The translations under genes and the position numbers were made by a program. From positions 4,007 to 68,006 of IMG/VR virus record IMGVR_UViG_3300031673_000026: DNA of 64,000 bases. The stretch is one strand, 5' to 3'. Below the pieces are notes generated by a model. The model did not search any database. It worked only from the letters and a program-made list of their open reading frames with translations, and had not been told where the DNA came from. The stretch is from a virus. Every line of letters begins with the position of its first letter. Position 1 is the first letter of the stretch. Shown here piece after piece: positions 18,595-28,468 of this stretch.

Positions 18595-19118
18595 TCAACC
18601 AACTTATATGTCCGATCGGCTCCCGGTCGGGCGGCACAAGTTGATTGATAGAAAAAATTGGAGGAAAAAATGAAACAAAAAACAGAAGGAAAGTTATTAA
18701 CGCGGAGCCTGTGTCCGTGTGGAAACAAGATAGATGACATCTATCTTAATGCAGGCGGGTATCCCATCTGCGAAAAGTGTGCGGGAATCGAATACTCATC
18801 CCCGGCTTACGGGGAAAAAAAGGAGGCGTGCTATGAATGAAATGACACATATAATTGAAGGCGGGAACGTACTGGAAGTTATAGTTTTGAGAAGCGACGA
18901 AATTGTGAAGGCATTGCAATTAGCCGCTTATCCAAAATTATATATACTGCCAAACGGAATAATGATGGAGACAATTACTTTCCACTGGCACTACAACGAA
19001 ATGACAGGACAGACATTTTTTCATAGCAATGGCCGACCGGTCAAAGAAAATTCAGTAATTTCTTCCCTGCGGTATTGCATGGGGCGAATTGAAATGACTT
19101 TAAAAGGAGGAAAAAACA

Positions 19119-19523
19119 ATGACAATTGACAAATATATCAGAAGCGCAAACGCAGAGTACAGTCGCATAACCGCACTTAACGTTGCGGTATTAACGGCAC
19201 CGGGGCGATTCCGGTTAATTTCAGTCACACCGGAGGATGCAAGAAAAATATGGAAGGAAACCCCAATCAGGGAATCTGCCATAGGGCACGAGGCGACCGC
19301 GAAGGTAATGTCAACATTACTGGACGATGATATCCCCGTCAATCGGGTTAAATTCGTGCAGGAAGCCGGGGAAATAGTCATGGTGTTACAAATGCGGGAA
19401 CGCATCCCCGAAGGAACCGTATTGACAACCGTAGAAGAAATGGACGCCATCGGTTATGATTTTTTTCTCCTGTATATGGGGAAGGCAGATGGTCAAGCGG
19501 GTTGGCTGGAAAGGCACTGTTAA
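19119..19523 (+). CDS. acrIII-1: AcrIII-1 family ring nuclease (DUF1874/STIV B116/YddF-like)
   Basis: SAIGHEATA (catalytic His), IPVNR, RERIPEGTVLT..E motifs. Confidence 0.8.
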   Translation: MTIDKYIRSANAEYSRITALNVAVLTAPGRFRLISVTPEDARKIWKETPIRESAIGHEATAKVMSTLLDDDIPVNRVKFVQEAGEIVMVLQMRERIPEGTVLTTVEEMDAIGYDFFLLYMGKADGQAGWLERHC

Positions 19524-19546
19524 TAACAGGCGGAAGGAGAAAAACA

Positions 19547-19927
19547 ATGAATAGCAAAACAAAAGCCCTGCTCTCCGGAGAAGTCCTAACCGACTTCGCC
19601 CCGCGAGAAAGTAAGTTCTACGCCTTCGCAACCGGCGGAACAATGTACAGATGGGAAGGGGATGTCTTTATGAGCCGGACAATCGTATTCTACTACAATA
19701 GCAAGTACAAGATTGTCGTAGCGGGAACAGTTACCTACCGAATAGATGGAGTCGCTGCAGCCTACTCCCCGGCGAGATTTGCGGAGCACATCAGCAACGC
19801 AAAAACCGAAACCCACGAACTATGCCCCCCGGAAAAATTAGCAGAACACATGGCTCTGGAAAGCTTTCGGGTCATGGACCCGGAAATAATGAAGGAAGTA
19901 AACGAAAGAAAAGGAGAAATAAAATGA
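19547..19927 (+). CDS. hypothetical protein
   Basis: AAGGAG RBS; coupled. Confidence 0.55.
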   Translation: MNSKTKALLSGEVLTDFAPRESKFYAFATGGTMYRWEGDVFMSRTIVFYYNSKYKIVVAGTVTYRIDGVAAAYSPARFAEHISNAKTETHELCPPEKLAEHMALESFRVMDPEIMKEVNERKGEIK

Positions 19928-20292
19928 AAAAAGAAAACCAATACAGGAAAATCGTGATCAAGTTGCACCCGGATGGGAAAAACTATGAGATCGGCATGTA
20001 CCTATCAAAAAACAAGAAAGAAGACATGAAACTTTACCGGCGGCTATTATCCATGACTGTGAATAGCGGAAGACAAATCGGTCGAGAAACAATCTACCAT
20101 CTCTACCGCAACCAGGGTCTTGTTATAAGGAGCTTTCATAACGATAGCGTACTGATAGTGCGTATCAAAGAAATATCGGAAAGAATGTACGGGAAACGTG
20201 ACCGGGGAAAGTACGGGGATGTCTGCCGGAGGATGCTGTTAGAAGAAACCGGCATCGACAGCCGCGCCACACGCAAGGTAACAGTGCAATGA
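19924..20292 (+). CDS. basic hypothetical protein (possible DNA binding)
   Basis: RBS; K/R-rich. Confidence 0.5.
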   Translation: MKKENQYRKIVIKLHPDGKNYEIGMYLSKNKKEDMKLYRRLLSMTVNSGRQIGRETIYHLYRNQGLVIRSFHNDSVLIVRIKEISERMYGKRDRGKYGDVCRRMLLEETGIDSRATRKVTVQ

Positions 20293-21260
20293 AACGCGGA
20301 ATGATCCCCACTTCCCTGGCGATAGGTGCCACGGCGATAAGCCTCTATGCCGGGTGGGGATTTTACATTAATTATGTCGCCTGGGAAACCGCCGCTCTAA
20401 TCGTTGTAGTTCTGGAGTCCGGGCGGCTTTCTACCGGGTACTATTGCATATACCGTAAGAAGCGGCCGCTTTGGTTCGCATATGCCATTATCGCCCTTAT
20501 GTGTGCAGTTCCAGCCTGGGTCTCAATAACCGCTGAGATGATACACGCGGAGCGGGAAGCTAACCGGCAATATGAGCCCGCCATCTATAGCATTAAGCGG
20601 GCGGCGGTGAAATTCTACAGCGAAGAAATAGCGACGTTACAGCGGGAATTAGCGGAAGCGGAGCAGGGCAAAGGGGATGCAATCGCTGGGGTAGAAAGGA
20701 ATAGCGGGAACCGATACGAGCGAAGCTGGAAAGGAAAATCGAAGCGATACTCGGCAGCGGCGGAGCGGATAAAAAGCGAAATTGCAGCGGTGCAGAGTAA
20801 GAGCGCCGCGGCGACAAGCCATATCCCGGATAACCCCCGGGAATGGTGCGAGATTAACTCCGCCCGGTACGGGGTAACAGTAGGCCTGCCGATCAATAAG
20901 ACCTCGGTTGTATCATCCGTGATAATTGATATCATTGGTGTACCGGAACGGACAGTTAAGGCGATACTCGCCGGGTGCCTGGTAGGCGTCGTGGAACTTT
21001 GTATAATTTTGTTTTCTTTTCTGGCTAACGGGAAGAAGGAAGAAGGGAGCGGGCCGGTAGCGGAAAAGAGCGAAGCGGTAGCGGAAAATGGCGGGCCGGT
21101 AGCGGACAAACTTAAAGGTATGCGACCCGGTAAAAAGGAAGATTTTCTCTATTACTGCGACAGGCATAAGGTAGGGACCAACAATGCAAAAGTATACAAC
21201 GGGCATTGCAGCAAGGACGCCCGGGAAGATAAAGAAATAAAGAAAAAGGAGGAAAAATGA
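20289..21260 (+). CDS. membrane protein with TM cluster, coiled coil and further TM
   Basis: Three N-terminal TMs, coiled coil, C-terminal TM. Confidence 0.6.
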   Translation: MKRGMIPTSLAIGATAISLYAGWGFYINYVAWETAALIVVVLESGRLSTGYYCIYRKKRPLWFAYAIIALMCAVPAWVSITAEMIHAEREANRQYEPAIYSIKRAAVKFYSEEIATLQRELAEAEQGKGDAIAGVERNSGNRYERSWKGKSKRYSAAAERIKSEIAAVQSKSAAATSHIPDNPREWCEINSARYGVTVGLPINKTSVVSSVIIDIIGVPERTVKAILAGCLVGVVELCIILFSFLANGKKEEGSGPVAEKSEAVAENGGPVADKLKGMRPGKKEDFLYYCDRHKVGTNNAKVYNGHCSKDAREDKEIKKKEEK

Positions 21261-21443
21261 ATCTCACGGAAATCACAAGTATAGTGAACAGGGCGATAGT
21301 CATCATAATCGACCTAATAGACGAAGATGATTGTTACTTCGATCATCACGGCTATTGCCAGGCCCACGGATGGCCCGATAAAGGCTTCACCTGCCCACAT
21401 GCACGAGGCAAAATGCTACTGAAAGAACTAAAGGAGGATTACG

Positions 21444-22061
21444 GTGAAAACAAATTATGACAAGGAGGTGCAGCCCGGAAGAGATCGGGACAAGTATGGC
21501 ATCAGCGTGCCGTCAACGATTGCGAAGCAAGACGTAAAGGCGGTGGCAGTAGAGATAGCTGCGGTTCTTTTGCGATACGGAAACGATGGGTGGCACGTTG
21601 CCACCGATAAGGAGATTCTAAAAAAGCATACGAGTGCTAACGAAATATGGGTTGAAAAAATACAGGCATGGGAATACTGGTGTGGCGTCCCCGTTGAAAA
21701 GTGGGTAGAAAAGAAAGAAATAAGGGAGGCTAAAGAGAAGACATACAAGGTAATACGTCACCAGGATACGGGCATACTGGAATCGGTATCGGGTCACAGG
21801 TACGGCCGCGTAAATTACCAAGTCGGAAAATTTGTTACGGCTCCCGAAGAAAATAGGGAAATCGGACACCACCTTCTTGCATTCAATAGTCTGGAGTCCG
21901 CCACAAAATTCATGAAAGGCGGCTATTGCCTGGAATTGTGGGAGTGCGAAGTTTCAGAGCCGTTACTTCCGCTTTTTGGATTGCCCTTCGGGAGCTTCCC
22001 GTGGCAAAATGGCACTATCCATGCCGAGAAAGTGAAATTAATAAAAAAATTATATAGTTGA
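21444..22061 (+). CDS. hypothetical protein
   Basis: 205-aa ORF, AGGAGG RBS before GTG. Confidence 0.55.
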   Translation: MKTNYDKEVQPGRDRDKYGISVPSTIAKQDVKAVAVEIAAVLLRYGNDGWHVATDKEILKKHTSANEIWVEKIQAWEYWCGVPVEKWVEKKEIREAKEKTYKVIRHQDTGILESVSGHRYGRVNYQVGKFVTAPEENREIGHHLLAFNSLESATKFMKGGYCLELWECEVSEPLLPLFGLPFGSFPWQNGTIHAEKVKLIKKLYS

Positions 22062-22111
22062 AAATATCAAAAATATATACTATATATAATATATATCAAA
22101 TAGGAGGTATA

Positions 22112-22291
22112 ATGAAAAAAAGTAACAGTATTTACGTCACGTTAAGTGGCAAAGACGGCGCCGCGTTATTAAGGATAATCGATACATGGGCAATCAAAAA
22201 AAAATGGTCAAGAGCGCAAGTGGCACGGGAACTAATGACGGCCGGAGTTGCCGCCTTTACCAGGACAGAAAATGAAACCAAAACAGCATAA
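22112..22291 (+). CDS. ribbon-helix-helix (Arc/CopG-like) regulator
   Basis: SIYVTL strand plus WSRAQVARELM helix; own promoter TTGAAA-17-TATATA at 22058. Confidence 0.6.
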   Translation: MKKSNSIYVTLSGKDGAALLRIIDTWAIKKKWSRAQVARELMTAGVAAFTRTENETKTA

Positions 22292-23220
22292 CCAATCTGA
22301 TGCCGCAGGTAACAACTCATGGTTCCTGCAATTAAGGGAAGACATATCGCAGGCGGAGAAGGACAACGAAATTAAAGAAAAAAAGGATAAGAAAAATGAC
22401 TAAAACAAAAATTAAGGCTGGGTACAAAGATGAATATCTCGTCATTAAAGGCGACGGGAACCCATCGGACCCGGAAGCATGGTTTTGGGTGGCGAGGATT
22501 GATACAGGCGGAGACCCACACGCCCTGGAAGCATTTCAGCATTACGCATATGGGATAAGTGAAATAGACCCACAGGCATCATTAGAAATGCTCATGGTAT
22601 ACAGGTTGATAAAAATGGGTTACGCCAAAAAAAGTATCGAAGACATGATGAGAAATTTCAGCTATGACATTGAAAGGTTAGATGAAAGGATGGGCGGCGA
22701 GGGTAAAAAATGAAACCGGCGGAGCTTGAAAAAATCAAAGAAACCAGGGAAAGCCTATTAGTATTCCTTGACGGCGTTTTCATCGATGGCTTCCTGCGCC
22801 TGGACGAACCAGGGTGGGGAAGCAGTGGCATGGAGTTTGACGGCAGTGACCCGGAACACTTACAGAAACTATACGAAAGAATAGAGAGTTTCTATGCGAC
22901 CAGGACACCCCTGTACATCAGGGGACAAGAAAAGGAGGAAAAATGAGGCAAAACGCAGTTAGTATTAAAGAGGTAAAGGAGCTCATGGGAATAGCATGTG
23001 GGCTCGGAATCGAAGTTATTTACAGCGAAAAAAAGTTAGACCGGTGCTACCTCGGAAGTAGTGAATCCGTAATAATCAATGTAGACAGTAGGTTGCCTGA
23101 AATTTACAACGACCTGTATGAAAAAATTGAAGCGGCCGGGGGCAACCCACTGGAAGACCAAAACGGTTCGCTTTATGGATATTGGTTACTATTGAAAGAA
23201 GAAGAAAAAGAGGAGGAAAA

Positions 23221-24024
23221 ATGACAAAAACTAAGAATGCAGTGGTGAAAGCCACAGAAAACGGAGATAACGGAAACGGAATACTTCCGATGTGGCAGGC
23301 CGATTTTCTAGCCAAAACACGGAAGCTGTTCGCCCCGACCCTAAGTGAAACCGAATTCCTGTTCTTCGTGTCTTTGGGAAAGAAATACGGAGCGGACCCA
23401 AGGGCCGGGGAAATATGGCCGGTCAAGTATGGCGATGCTCCAGCCGCTATATTTCTGGGGAAAAACTTCTACCTCAAAAAGGCCCAAGAGCAACCGGACT
23501 ACAATGGGCATAGGTCGGCATGCGTATACGAGAACGATATATACAAGCCAGCCTTTGACGGCACCGGCAAGATAACAATGATTCACGAACCCGCAAGAAA
23601 GAAAGATCGTGGCAAATTGGAGTCGGCTTACTGCATTGTACACAGAAAGGGAATAGACACCCCGTTTTTTGTTACGGTTGACATCGATGAGTGTAATAAG
23701 GACGCGAAAGGAAACCCGAAAGGGGCAAAGTGGAAAACAGAACCCGCGGTAATGTTAGAAAAAGTAGCATTGTCGCGGTGCCTGCGACTTGCATTCTATA
23801 GCTATTTCAAAGGAACATATGCTGGAGAAGAGCAATCGATAATCGAGGCATCCGCCGGCGAAGAACCCAGCGAATTTGCGGAAAACGGAACCAACTACCC
23901 CGACGAACCCCCTGCAATAGAAGAAGAGCATGAAGAAATCATTGAAACGGAAGTAGAAGAGGTGTCGCAGCCGGTTGAGTCGCAAGCAAAACCACCAGCC
24001 AATGGTAACGGGAAACTGTTCTAA
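23221..24024 (+). CDS. bet: Bet/RecT-family single-strand annealing recombinase
   Basis: FAP..SETEF..F, DP..GEIW.VKYG, AYCIVHRKG, W...P..MLEKVA..RCLR.AF. Confidence 0.85.
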   Translation: MTKTKNAVVKATENGDNGNGILPMWQADFLAKTRKLFAPTLSETEFLFFVSLGKKYGADPRAGEIWPVKYGDAPAAIFLGKNFYLKKAQEQPDYNGHRSACVYENDIYKPAFDGTGKITMIHEPARKKDRGKLESAYCIVHRKGIDTPFFVTVDIDECNKDAKGNPKGAKWKTEPAVMLEKVALSRCLRLAFYSYFKGTYAGEEQSIIEASAGEEPSEFAENGTNYPDEPPAIEEEHEEIIETEVEEVSQPVESQAKPPANGNGKLF

Positions 24025-24034
24025 AGGTACTATA

Positions 24035-24619
24035 ATGATAATCTACGACTGGAAAACCGGAGCGGAAAACAAGAAGCGCGACCACCTACAGCTATGTGCT
24101 TACGCGAAGCTGTGTAGCGTCAACCCCTCACTCTGCACACCCGGACTGGAGTTCAGCAAAGAAGAGCATATGTATACCTTTAACGGCAATACCCTTTCGA
24201 GCGTTAGCGCGCTACTCGATCAATTCTATGGCAACCAGTTCTATAAGGATGATTCAGCCGCGAAGCGTGGCACGTTTGTCCACAGCCTATGCCAACAGTA
24301 CGTTGAGCACGGGGCTATTAACTGGCGGGTCATATCGACCAAGTACCCGGAAATCTTGCCCTATATGGAAGCCTTCCGCGACTTCTACGATGCTGAAAAT
24401 ATCAAGGAAAAAAACGCTGTCTGCGAGGTAATGTTGGGCTCTTTTTCCCTGGGAATTGCCGGTAGAATCGACATGATCGTGAAGGACGCGACCCCGGTCA
24501 AGGCTTTTAATGTTTATCTTAAGTCAACCGGGAAGTACCGTCTTATCAACAGGGCGTTAAACAAGAGTGATTGGAACAGGTTTCTATCATACATTAACGT
24601 TTACAACGATATGAAATAG
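24035..24619 (+). CDS. PD-(D/E)XK (Cas4/RecB-like) exonuclease with permuted motif order
   Basis: DWKTG..LQLCAY at the N-terminus; H.YT..G..SVS, RGT.VH and AGRID motifs follow. Confidence 0.7.
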   Translation: MIIYDWKTGAENKKRDHLQLCAYAKLCSVNPSLCTPGLEFSKEEHMYTFNGNTLSSVSALLDQFYGNQFYKDDSAAKRGTFVHSLCQQYVEHGAINWRVISTKYPEILPYMEAFRDFYDAENIKEKNAVCEVMLGSFSLGIAGRIDMIVKDATPVKAFNVYLKSTGKYRLINRALNKSDWNRFLSYINVYNDMK

Positions 24620-24832
24620 GAGGATTTATGAGCAGCGTTATACACAAGAAGTCAATTAGCTCCCTGCGTGCCCTTGAGATAGCCGCTATCAACAGGAAGG
24701 CCGTCGTGTGCGTCGTAGGGACTTATTGCAGCAAGCCATTACCGGCAGCCTTTGTTATACAGTTCCAGGGGTCGGCAATACTCAGGATGATAAAGGAAGG
24801 ACTATATTTATATGAAAAAATTGGAGGAAAAA

Positions 24833-25603
24833 ATGAAGGAAAATGGTATAGTTATCAATAAAAGCAGCCTGGCGCCTTTCGACGACGTAAAGACGCTGAC
24901 TGCGCGGATTGAAAACGAAATACTCAAGATCAGAGAGGTGCAAGAAGCTATCAGCGAACTGCAAACTGAGTATGAAAAAGCGGGAAGCCTTAAGATTATT
25001 TCGGAGAAGGATTACGCGGCAGCCGGAGCGTCACTAACAGTGATATCTAACAACATAAAGCGGCTAAGGGACGGGATAAAAGTAACCCCATCCGGCAACA
25101 GGATGAAAGAACTAAAGTCAGCCCTGCATGCTTTACACAAGGGTGTCAAGGCCATCGAAGACGATCTGATATCCAAGGGTATCAAGGCGGAAATCATTCT
25201 AAAAGAAAAATCCCGCGCCTACCTTAACGAGCAGCAGCGAAAACAGGACCTCCTGGAAGCGGAAGCATTAGCGAAAGCTGAAAAAAAGCGGGCAGAGTTG
25301 TTCAAAAAAGCGGAAGTGGCCAAACGAGACCAAACAAGAGAGCGGCTAATAGAGGAAGCGAGGCAGACGGTAGCGGCGACACCCGATGTTATGCCCAACA
25401 AAACAGATGGCATCAAAAAGGTAAAGGTATGGAATGCCGATATAACTGATAAACGGACGCTAATATTGTGGTTGCTTGACAACCGCCTTACAGGGTTCGT
25501 GACGATAAAAGAAAGTGACATTAGCCAGCACGCAAAAGACAATAATTTAGAAATAATTCCAGGGGTGAAAATTACCACATCCTGGGATGTCTACAGGAAG
25601 TAA
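24833..25603 (+). CDS. coiled-coil recombination-module protein
   Basis: Long coiled coil; C-terminal GIKKVKVW...IPGVKI. Confidence 0.55.
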   Translation: MKENGIVINKSSLAPFDDVKTLTARIENEILKIREVQEAISELQTEYEKAGSLKIISEKDYAAAGASLTVISNNIKRLRDGIKVTPSGNRMKELKSALHALHKGVKAIEDDLISKGIKAEIILKEKSRAYLNEQQRKQDLLEAEALAKAEKKRAELFKKAEVAKRDQTRERLIEEARQTVAATPDVMPNKTDGIKKVKVWNADITDKRTLILWLLDNRLTGFVTIKESDISQHAKDNNLEIIPGVKITTSWDVYRK

Positions 25604-25753
25604 AGACCATGACTGCGACCGAGCTCCTAAGAATGCGTTTCCAGGAAATCCTGAAATACATTAACGATCTTGAAAAGGAGCTCGCGTCGCGGGCTGTGGA
25701 AGAGCTGGAAATAACTTATACTGACTGAGATTAACGAAAAAAAGGAGAAAAAT

Positions 25754-25903
25754 ATGAAACATTTAAATTTTAGAAAAGTAACGATTGCCAACCTTAACCG
25801 CTTGTATACCCCTGGGTATGATGATGAAACCAGAAGAACAGATTGCGGGTCCTATTGTGTTTGTCAGGAAGGCGATATCACCGATACCTATGGTGACAGG
25901 TAG
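25754..25903 (+). CDS. second RiPP-precursor-like peptide (49 aa, not in ORF track)
   Basis: AAGGAG RBS; MKHLNFRKVTIANLNR leader-like start; core TDCGSYCVC. Confidence 0.55.
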   Translation: MKHLNFRKVTIANLNRLYTPGYDDETRRTDCGSYCVCQEGDITDTYGDR

Positions 25904-27392
25904 ACTTATTGTGGTCGCGGCCCCCATAGGGCCGCACCTATCAGTATAAACATAAAAACGGAGAAAAAATGAATATTCCACGCTTACTTGAAAGATACTG
26001 GTTGCCGCACCTGGTCGGAATTAGCCAGGTAATTAGATTCGACGATGATCGTGTTGAAAGAAATATCGGCGACCCGGTGAAATTAATCGGGCTAAATCCG
26101 AAGCTTTGTCGTTGCTGCAACGAAGGCGAGCCGTGCTTAGATTACGATGTCCTTCAATGGGAAAAAAATATGCTAATCGTAACGACCGCGACGAAATGCT
26201 TGCTTTGCAATATGCAGGGAAGCGACTCGTTTGCAATTCACTTTTGTGAGAATTGCCATGCACCAATCGAACCCAGGGGTAAGAAATTTATGTATAGTAG
26301 TCAATATCGAGAGCTTGACGATATGGAAGTATGCGAAAAATGCTTCGATGATTTAGGCGGGGAAGAAGCAACGGGAAGTATTTTTGGTAAATAAAGTTAA
26401 AAAATATATAGGAGGAAAACATGGCACACGACGATATACCAGAAGACGACTACCAAAGTTTCCCCTGCAACTGTGGCGGGGAAATAAAGAAAAATGCGTA
26501 CGGGTATTGGGAATGCGATACTTGCGATTTTCGCAAGGAAGTGTAATATGCCCATGACATACGATGAAGCATTTGAATTTTTCGATAAGCACTATAGGGG
26601 CGAATGGCACTTCCCTTACCCAATAAAGAAGTGCGGAGGTGGCTGGAGCATGCTTTGCCACTCTAAAGAAAATCTATCAACATACGACAACAACAACCTG
26701 ACAAGGCTTGTTCTTAGGGCACATCACGAGGCTTACCGGTTACACATTGAAAGCGCGGGAAATAAGATGAAAATTGTTATCTACAAGCGCGTCAGGGACC
26801 CGGAGGAGAGGTATTACAGAAGGCACCCGTCGATAGAAGAGGCGATTGAACACTGGCTGGAGTGCGGATAATATGAAACGCAGTGAAAGAAAGCTCATGA
26901 ATAGAATCGCAAAAATAGGTGACCTAAAAGAAGAAATAGAAGGCTTCCTTTGGAAAACCAATTATGACTTATGGAAAATATTAGATGATAACGACCTGTA
27001 TGTTCCTAACATTTATGAATACAGGGTTGACTTTAACAGCATGGTTGTGTATTTTGTGGATGTAGGAAGCGGCGATGTAGTAACCAATAAGTACGGTGAA
27101 AGATTCGAGATCGATATATTGGGAATGTTAATGAAAAAATACGGAGGATGACATGAAGTATATACTGACAGAAAAAGAGTTAAGGCGATATGAAAAAAGG
27201 ATTGAGGAAAAGCAAAGCATAATTAACGGCCTATGTCAGCGCGTCTGCGATAGCGAGCCAATCAGCATAGAGGGCTGTTATAAAAACACCTGGGGATGTA
27301 TCTATAGTAGCGACCATAAAAACGAATGGTACTGCGATGAATGCCCTGTCCTAAATATATGCGGGAAGATAAAACATTTTTCAAAATAAAAG

Positions 27393-27421
27393 TTGAAAAA
27401 ATAGCAAAAATGTATTATAAT
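27393..27421 (+). promoter_or_regulatory. sigma70 promoter
   Basis: TTGAAA-17-TATAAT. Confidence 0.75.
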
Positions 27422-27438
27422 AGTAATATGAAAAACAA

Positions 27439-28132
27439 AATGATTGTCCAGGCAAATGCACTTATAAAATTCACGGATTCCCTCAGTTGCCGATCTGGAC
27501 AATCATTGCTGAGGGAGTCCCGTGAATAAGCAATCACTATCTTATGGCGTGGTTATTCCTTATGGAATAAGTTATCGGGTTCATGGCCGGGACGCAAGGT
27601 TATACCTTGCCCACGTCAACACCCAAAAAAAGAATAAGCAATCATACCATCTACAATCCAGAAATGGTCTCCCGGGAGGCGTAACATCAGACCTATTGCT
27701 GTCCCGGCGGACACCGTTAGTGCGAAACGGCTGTAGCGGCTTATTATTCTTACGTCTTCCAATAGGGGGCGTAGGGTTGCACTCTCAGGCCCGTACAAGT
27801 TACGATGTGGATGGTTACTTAAAGGAAGAGGCGGTAACGTCGAGACGACAGGTTGCAGGCTTGGCAACCTGCAACGGTCGGAGTAGGCACGTTTTAAGAA
27901 AGCCAATCGTAGTGCAGTTCTCTTTTCTCATTCCGGGGTGGAAGTCCCCGGGCTTCCTTTTAGTACTAATAATGGCGGAAGTTGTAGAATGCATTTCCTT
28001 AGCCGTGCGCGTGCCAGGTGGCAGGCATGGTCAACGGCGACATCAAGTAAGGAGTGTTCCACGGCAGCAAGGGTGGTTCCCGGTGGCGATTCTTTCGCTG
28101 CTGACGGTTCAATTCCGTCGCAGCCGCCTTTT
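27439..28132 (+). ncRNA. array of structured, partly tRNA-like RNAs / large ncRNA
   Basis: Consecutive multibranch folds; terminal T-arm GACGG-TTCAATT-CCGTC; the overlapping long ORF looks non-coding. Confidence 0.65.
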
Positions 28133-28468
28133 TATGAAATTTAACGGTAAGATATCATGACTAAAGAACTACTTAGAAAAGCACGGAAAGCACACATGTG
28201 CTATCGGTGCGAGTTTCCGATTATAAAAGGCAGCAGGTATTACGAGACTGTCGGCAGGTTCCCGTTGTACGATAAGGAAGAAGAGCAAATCGGCATTGAG
28301 TATTACCGTGAAAAGTGCTGTACTTTTTGTCACGACTTACCATCAGAAAAGCATGAGTGTGAGTGGATAACGGAAATCGATTATCAGGACTACGGGGCAC
28401 CCACAGGTTTTGAGTATTGCACGGTATGTTATACGAAAAGGGAAATACAATAATACAGGAGTAAAATA

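Noticed and set aside
25901-25903. Genome-wide TAG recoding
   Set aside because: Core genes are intact in the standard code and several genes end at TAG followed directly by the next RBS.
27522-28160. 212-aa ORF in the track
   Set aside because: Atypical Arg/Ser/Leu-rich composition, no recognisable motif, and it overlaps dense RNA helices; more likely non-coding.
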